Below are positions 59,061 through 64,000 of a stretch of DNA of 64,000 nucleotides, in pieces. The notes beneath the pieces are model-generated. The model made no database searches, had not been told where the DNA came from, and saw only the letters and a program-made list of their open reading frames with translations. Positions within the stretch are counted from its first letter, which is position 1, and the number at the start of each line of letters is the position of its first letter. The stretch comes from a bacterium (lineage in GTDB: Bacteria > Bacillota > Clostridia > Lachnospirales > Lachnospiraceae). A program made the position numbers and the translations under genes. The stretch is from the NCBI GenBank assembly GCA_963649335.1, contig CAVJHG010000006.1:8062-72061 (forward strand). The letters are read 5' to 3'.

Positions 59061-60871
59061 TAGTGCAATGTGCCGTTATCATAAAGGACTGTCTCAGGCA
59101 GACCCAGCAGCTTATTATTGCTGTTGATAACGTCGTTATTCCACTTTTTCGGTGCAGGAGCTACCTCAACACCGGCCATCTTATTCTTCAGCATCTGAAT
59201 TGCACGGGCTGCTACTTCCTTGGTTACACATGAACATCCGGCTACATTGTTCTCAAATCCACCCTTGTCCATATTTTCCTCAACCATGGCAGTAGCGTAT
59301 TTGTTTCCTACTACCAGCTGACCCTGGTAAGCACAGAAGGAAACACCAACTACAGGGATTCCTCGCTTGCCTGCCTGTCCTATATGCTGGATAAAATCAA
59401 TATGGTTATTGCCAAAGCCCTCTGTAGTAATGATACAGCCGTCAATATCAAGGGCCTCAAGAAGAGAGCCTAAGCGCTCTGATACCCAGAGCTTTTCATC
59501 ATTTACCTGAGGAGAGCCAACACATACAACACCAATCAAGTCAAGCTCTGTATCTGCTGCAAGGCCTTCTACAAGAGGCTCTCTGATATAGTGACGTGTC
59601 ATTTCCTTGGTAGCAGGTCCGATACATGTAAGTGCATGGATAGAACCATCTCTTACCTGGTTAGGAGTTAACATAATAGGCACATTGCCGCAGTCTACAT
59701 TCTTCTGGCCACCTAAGATACCGCAAGGCTCTGTAGGACAGATAACATTGTCATGCATGGCTCCCTGACCCATGATTTCCTTTACAAGCACAACACGTGG
59801 GTTGCCGGAGCGACGTATATCCTCACAGATTTCTTCACGAACAATCTCGCCCTCATAGCTTTTAAGCTGGTCTCTGATAGCCTGGATAATGTAATCCTGA
59901 CACTTATGAGCTGCAAAAGGACCTGGACGAGTCATACCGGTAAGTCTCTCGATGACTGCATGACAGCGGATAATAATATCATTTTCATCTGCACAGCCAG
60001 GATGGCCAAAATACATTTTCTCATCAAGATAACCCTCTGATGATCCAAATTCATGGACCTGAACACCATCCTCGTCTACACCAGTCAGCATAAATACTAC
60101 GCCATCTGCCACCTTGGTAATGCCTTCACCCAGCTCACCCTCTACCTTGGTTGCTATAGGGCATACATCCATGATAGTCTCGGTATATACATGTCTCTTG
60201 TCAGGATAGATAACATCAAGTGTAATGCTCTTACAAAGTGGATCCTCTCCGATAGCCTTTTCTACAATGGACTTGTCTATAGTGATCTTACCATCCTTAA
60301 TAGATGTTTCATCACCAAGCTCTACCTCAGTGATTTTGATATGCTGCTTTTTTAAGGTACGAATAACCTTCTTTTCCCCTACAGGTGCTGATGGCACTGC
60401 TGCAGGCTCTTCCTCAGCTACTGCAGGCACTGCTGGTGCTACTGCTGCCCCTGGAAAAAGAGGTATATCAAGTCTTAATCCTTCCAGACTTGAGGCCTTG
60501 TCGATTTCAATGTGTAACATTTGCTCTCCTCCTTTGCTTTGTATAATCTTAGCTGGACCTTCAGTGATTACTGGCTTTGTCTCTGTTAGCTCAGGCTCTG
60601 CTGCCGTCTCAGCTGTCTCATTAATCTTGTCAAGGACATCCCTTGTAATAGGGGTTAGGGCTTCCACATCACAAAGGAGCTTAGAGCCTAATACCTGCTC
60701 AATTTTCAATCCATCCTCTGACAGGGTGAGAAGACCTGCCTCTTCCATGTCATCAAAAAGTGATGGATCCTCTAAATCTGCTGCAGAAATAACAAGACCC
60801 TTTTCCCTGCGACAGCAAAATATTGCTGGGTCCTTAAGATGTGCATTTAATGTTTCTGCTGTAATTGACAT
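59060..60871 (-). CDS. prdA: D-proline reductase proprotein PrdA
   Basis: MSITAET..AHLKDPAIFCCR, EIMGQGAMHDN, HALT-CIGPA pyruvoyl cleavage site, EGFGNNHIDF. Confidence 0.93.
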   Translation of the reverse strand: MSITAETLNAHLKDPAIFCCRREKGLVISAADLEDPSLFDDMEEAGLLTLSEDGLKIEQVLGSKLLCDVEALTPITRDVLDKINETAETAAEPELTETKPVITEGPAKIIQSKGGEQMLHIEIDKASSLEGLRLDIPLFPGAAVAPAVPAVAEEEPAAVPSAPVGEKKVIRTLKKQHIKITEVELGDETSIKDGKITIDKSIVEKAIGEDPLCKSITLDVIYPDKRHVYTETIMDVCPIATKVEGELGEGITKVADGVVFMLTGVDEDGVQVHEFGSSEGYLDEKMYFGHPGCADENDIIIRCHAVIERLTGMTRPGPFAAHKCQDYIIQAIRDQLKSYEGEIVREEICEDIRRSGNPRVVLVKEIMGQGAMHDNVICPTEPCGILGGQKNVDCGNVPIMLTPNQVRDGSIHALTCIGPATKEMTRHYIREPLVEGLAADTELDLIGVVCVGSPQVNDEKLWVSERLGSLLEALDIDGCIITTEGFGNNHIDFIQHIGQAGKRGIPVVGVSFCAYQGQLVVGNKYATAMVEENMDKGGFENNVAGCSCVTKEVAARAIQMLKNKMAGVEVAPAPKKWNNDVINSNNKLLGLPETVLYDNGTLH

Positions 60872-60884
60872 AAGATTTCCTCCT

Positions 60885-62198
60885 TTATCCTTTAAATTTT
60901 CTTATAAGCTTATTGTTTACTGCTCTTAGGCTTCCATCGGTAATGTGATATACCGGAAGACCAAGACGAGGTGCACATGACATTACTGTGTTTGAACAAT
61001 CTGTGCAATTTCCTATGAGTATTGCCTGAGCACCAGCTTTTTTCAGTGCCATGACCTTCTGTACCTGACCTGGGCACTTGCCAGGATTTTGACATTTGAG
61101 ATTGCCCCTTACATCCTCTGCCTGCTTGCAGCACTCTATGCCTACCACCTCAGAGCCCATGCTCTCAGCTATCTGACACATTCTCTCTTTGTTGGCTCCA
61201 CAGGCACATACCAGAAGGCCAATCTTCTTTGGTCCCATAGGAAAACACTCTGCTGCAATAAGTCCACCTGTTGTCTTTATCACGGGAGCATCAAAGGATG
61301 TTCTTTTTCCTGTAAAAGGTCCTCCCATAATAAGCTCGCCGTAACCTTCCGCCAGGCCTCCTGCCCTTTCAAACATGGCTCCTACGCTGATTCCCAAAGG
61401 CACATCGGGGAAAATTTGCACCAGCTTATCTTCTTCATTGCCCCTTATCTTGCCTGCCACTGTCATGTCTTTATCTATGAGTGGCTTTTTGTCATCCACC
61501 GCCTCAGCTATCCTGCATGCTGTCTCAGCATTTATAACTATGGCATCTGCAGCAAGCGGAAGGTCTGTAACTGAAAGAAGCTTTCCTAAGGTCTCTCGGA
61601 TAATGGCCCTCTCCTCACCCATTGGATATATATTTTCCAATAGCTGCAGCCTGATGTTTTCATTGCTATTAGCTTTATTGAGAGCTTCTATAGCTTTGAT
61701 GTGGTATTTTTTTATAGCGACCACACCACTTGCTGCGTGGGTTACTTCCATGGCTATTTCAAGGCCCCGAAGAAGCTGCTTTGGCTTTGAAGTAATTCGG
61801 GCTATATTGTGGGAAAGTATTGGTTCACACTCTGCTGCATTGATTATGACTGTTCCACCGCTTTCAAAGGACTTTGATAGCTTTGCATATGTAGGAAAAC
61901 CTGCGCCACCCAGGCCAACTAAGCCAGCTTCCTTAATAAGCTCTATTGGTGTCTGGCCTTTTAGCCTTACATAATCACTGCCTTGATTGTCATCTGCTTC
62001 CACAAGTATGGTCTCAGCGTCAACTTCTCTTACATATCCTGATACACTGGAAAAAATGTTGCTTCCCAGGGCATCTTCCCTTTGATATGCAAGAAGCTGT
62101 CCCCTCAGTACCTTGTCACCATTGACTACCGAAGGAACAGCTTGCTGTCCTATACCTTGCTTCAGAGGATATTTAAAGATTGCTCCCATTGATATCAC
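60885..62198 (-). CDS. prdC: Proline reductase-associated electron transfer protein PrdC (RnfC-like)
   Basis: AGLVGLGGAGFPT, INAAECEP, YPMGEE, MGGPFTG, Cys-rich C-terminus (CACG, CPGQ, CTDC). Confidence 0.88.
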   Translation of the reverse strand: MISMGAIFKYPLKQGIGQQAVPSVVNGDKVLRGQLLAYQREDALGSNIFSSVSGYVREVDAETILVEADDNQGSDYVRLKGQTPIELIKEAGLVGLGGAGFPTYAKLSKSFESGGTVIINAAECEPILSHNIARITSKPKQLLRGLEIAMEVTHAASGVVAIKKYHIKAIEALNKANSNENIRLQLLENIYPMGEERAIIRETLGKLLSVTDLPLAADAIVINAETACRIAEAVDDKKPLIDKDMTVAGKIRGNEEDKLVQIFPDVPLGISVGAMFERAGGLAEGYGELIMGGPFTGKRTSFDAPVIKTTGGLIAAECFPMGPKKIGLLVCACGANKERMCQIAESMGSEVVGIECCKQAEDVRGNLKCQNPGKCPGQVQKVMALKKAGAQAILIGNCTDCSNTVMSCAPRLGLPVYHITDGSLRAVNNKLIRKFKG

Positions 62199-62228
62199 CT
62201 CTTTGCTTTTCTATTTGTTTATGGGCTT

Positions 62229-62296
62229 AGTATAGAAGCCCTTCTGTCATTAGTAAAGAAGGAGTACTCTATACCCTTCATAACAATTACTTATGA
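62229..62296 (-). promoter_or_regulatory. prdC promoter with LysR-type T-N11-A dyad at about -65
   Basis: TTTACT-17-TATACT (62257-62229); TCATAA-N7-TTATGA at 62278-62296. Confidence 0.6.
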
Positions 62297-62356
62297 TAAA
62301 AAGTCCGCTTTTGGATCCAATTATTCCAAGGTCATGCCACTCACCAAAATACTAAT

Positions 62357-63394
62357 TTAACCCATGGCCCCCAGCAAAAATCCATACTCCTGGGGATCTG
62401 TGTCATCAAGTATCCACTGGTTCATACCGGTAATGTAGGCCGATCCTGTAATCTGGGGGATTACAGCATGTATTCCACCCTCCAGCTCTATGGTATCCAC
62501 CACCTCGCCTCTAAAAAGAGAGCCAGTTATACTTTCATAGACAAAGGGCTGATGTAAGCCTAACTCTCCCTTTGCAAAAAGGGCCGCCATCTTGGCAGAA
62601 GTACCTGTACCGCAGGGAGACCTGTCAGCCTGGGCCATGCCAAATATAACGCAATTTTTCAAATGAGCCTTTTCATTGTCCGCCGGTCCATAAAACTCCA
62701 CCAGATCAGCTGTGCTTATGTCCAAATAGGGATGCTTTATCTTTACCTCTTTATTGACTATTTCAAGGAGCTTCATGCCAAGAGATGTCAGTGCTTCAAT
62801 ATTATCCATAGAAAGATTAATTCCTACCTGCTTAGCACTGACAAGAACAAAAAATGACCCGCCAAAGGATATGTCATATTCCACCTTGCCAAAGCCCGGC
62901 ACATCAGCGGTCAGATTTTCCTTATATAAAAATCCTGGCACATTTTGTATGGTGACTTCCTTGGCCTTGCCCCTCTCCACCTTGACTCTTGTTTTTATAA
63001 GGCCTGATGGGGCATCTAAAATAACCTGGGTATAGGGCTCAGTCACTTCAACCATGCCTGTTTCCACCAGCATGGAGGCTGCACCTATGGAGCCATGGCC
63101 ACACATATTAAGATAGCCTCCTGTATCCATAAAAATTACACCATAGTCGGCTTCCTTATGGACAGGCTTTGTTAAAAGAGCCCCAAACATGTCCCTATGG
63201 CCTCTGGGCTCAAGCATAAGAGCCTTACGATAGTGATCAAAATGCTCAATGACATATTGCTTTTTTTCCATCATGGTATTTCCCACAGGCTCTGGAAAGC
63301 CCTCGTATACTATACGGGTTGCCTCCCCCATGGTATGAGAGTCAATTGTCTTAAAAAGATGCTCATATTTTTCCGGCTTAAAATGACATTCCAT
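62357..63394 (-). CDS. prdF: Proline racemase
   Basis: DSHTMGE, EPRGHRDMFG, catalytic MCGHG and DRSPCGTGT (two Cys). Confidence 0.92.
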   Translation of the reverse strand: MECHFKPEKYEHLFKTIDSHTMGEATRIVYEGFPEPVGNTMMEKKQYVIEHFDHYRKALMLEPRGHRDMFGALLTKPVHKEADYGVIFMDTGGYLNMCGHGSIGAASMLVETGMVEVTEPYTQVILDAPSGLIKTRVKVERGKAKEVTIQNVPGFLYKENLTADVPGFGKVEYDISFGGSFFVLVSAKQVGINLSMDNIEALTSLGMKLLEIVNKEVKIKHPYLDISTADLVEFYGPADNEKAHLKNCVIFGMAQADRSPCGTGTSAKMAALFAKGELGLHQPFVYESITGSLFRGEVVDTIELEGGIHAVIPQITGSAYITGMNQWILDDTDPQEYGFLLGAMG

Positions 63395-63516
63395 TATTTT
63401 TCCCTCCCATTTAATTGACGTATTTTATATAAGTGTGGTAAAGTAAATGCCTGTCAAAGAGGACATCACATAGGTGGTGCCCTCTTTTTTTGTTGAAAAA
63501 TCGAAAGGAGCCCCCT

Positions 63517-64000
63517 ATGGATACAAGTAAATTTGCTCTTTTTGCCGATGTGGCATTCACAAAGAATTTCACCAAAAGTGGTGAGCGCATGGGCTATACC
63601 CAGCCAGGTGTCAGTCATGTGTTAAAAACAATGGAAGACGAATTTGGTTTTCCACTCTTTTTACGCACACGAAAGGGTGTCAGTCTGACTCCCAATGCTG
63701 AAACAATTCTCCCCCTTATCAGAGAAATAGTTGCCCTGTCAGAAAAATTGGACCAGACCGTAGGCTCCATCAACGGCCTCGAAACTGGTCATCTCACTAT
63801 CGCCGCCTTTGCATCCATATCCCGCAGATGGCTGCCGGATATTATTTTTGCCTTCAAACAAAAATACCCTGGTATAGAGATAGAGCTTCTTGAAGGTGGC
63901 ACTGATGAAATAGTGTCCTGGGTAGAAAGCTGTCAGGCAGACCTAGGCTTTGTCAGCAAAAACCACATAAATAAGCTGGATTTTTTCCCTCTTTGTGATG
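63517..64000 (+). CDS. LysR-family transcriptional regulator (3' partial)
   Basis: Not in ORF track. ATG 63517 after AAGGAG: MDTSKFALF...NFTKSGERMGYTQPGVSHVLKTMEDEFGFPLFLRTRKGVSLT. Confidence 0.92.
   Translation, partial: MDTSKFALFADVAFTKNFTKSGERMGYTQPGVSHVLKTMEDEFGFPLFLRTRKGVSLTPNAETILPLIREIVALSEKLDQTVGSINGLETGHLTIAAFASISRRWLPDIIFAFKQKYPGIEIELLEGGTDEIVSWVESCQADLGFVSKNHINKLDFFPLCD

Noticed and set aside
60225..60929. Long antisense ORFs (234 aa here, and many 60-200 aa shadows over nifJ, guaB, GH3 and others)
   Set aside because: They lie opposite well-supported genes, lack RBSs and motifs, and are expected from codon bias.

Overview
A 64 kb AT-rich chromosomal segment from a Firmicute; gene content and order suggest Lachnospiraceae (inference). 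Most genes are on the minus strand. In order it contains: a class C sortase pilus locus (fibro-slime/vWA tip adhesin, major pilin, two sortases, two non-LPXTG secreted proteins, one with a SipW/TasA-type 'AYFTD' leader); an Rpn-family PD-(D/E)XK nuclease with a perfect internal RBS; a GT2 and a two-GH3/GtrA-like operon divergent from a LytTR/GHKL two-component system; and the prfA-prmC-DUF1385-rpmE...rho-rpiB housekeeping block, interrupted by an AT-rich two-gene cassette encoding a RelA/SpoT-like nucleotidyltransferase and a small partner. After that come nrdR, nifJ (PFOR), guaB, a MocR/PdxR-like regulator with an ECF S component, a beta-mannan oligosaccharide locus (ABC transporter, two GH130, epimerase, ManA-ROK, GH36, phosphomutase, LacI), an AAA+/DUF4143 nuclease-fold gene preceded by four phased 33-bp repeats, and a compact D-proline reductase locus (prdF, prdC, prdA, CBO2463-like, Cys-type prdB) next to a LysR gene. 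No tRNA, rRNA or canonical CRISPR-Cas was seen. Top candidates for something new are the 33-bp array plus AAA/DUF4143 module, the SAS-like toxin/partner cassette, the selenium-independent and probably LysR-controlled proline reductase, and the MocR protein with Arg in place of the PLP lysine. All family assignments come from motif recognition by eye, without database searches.
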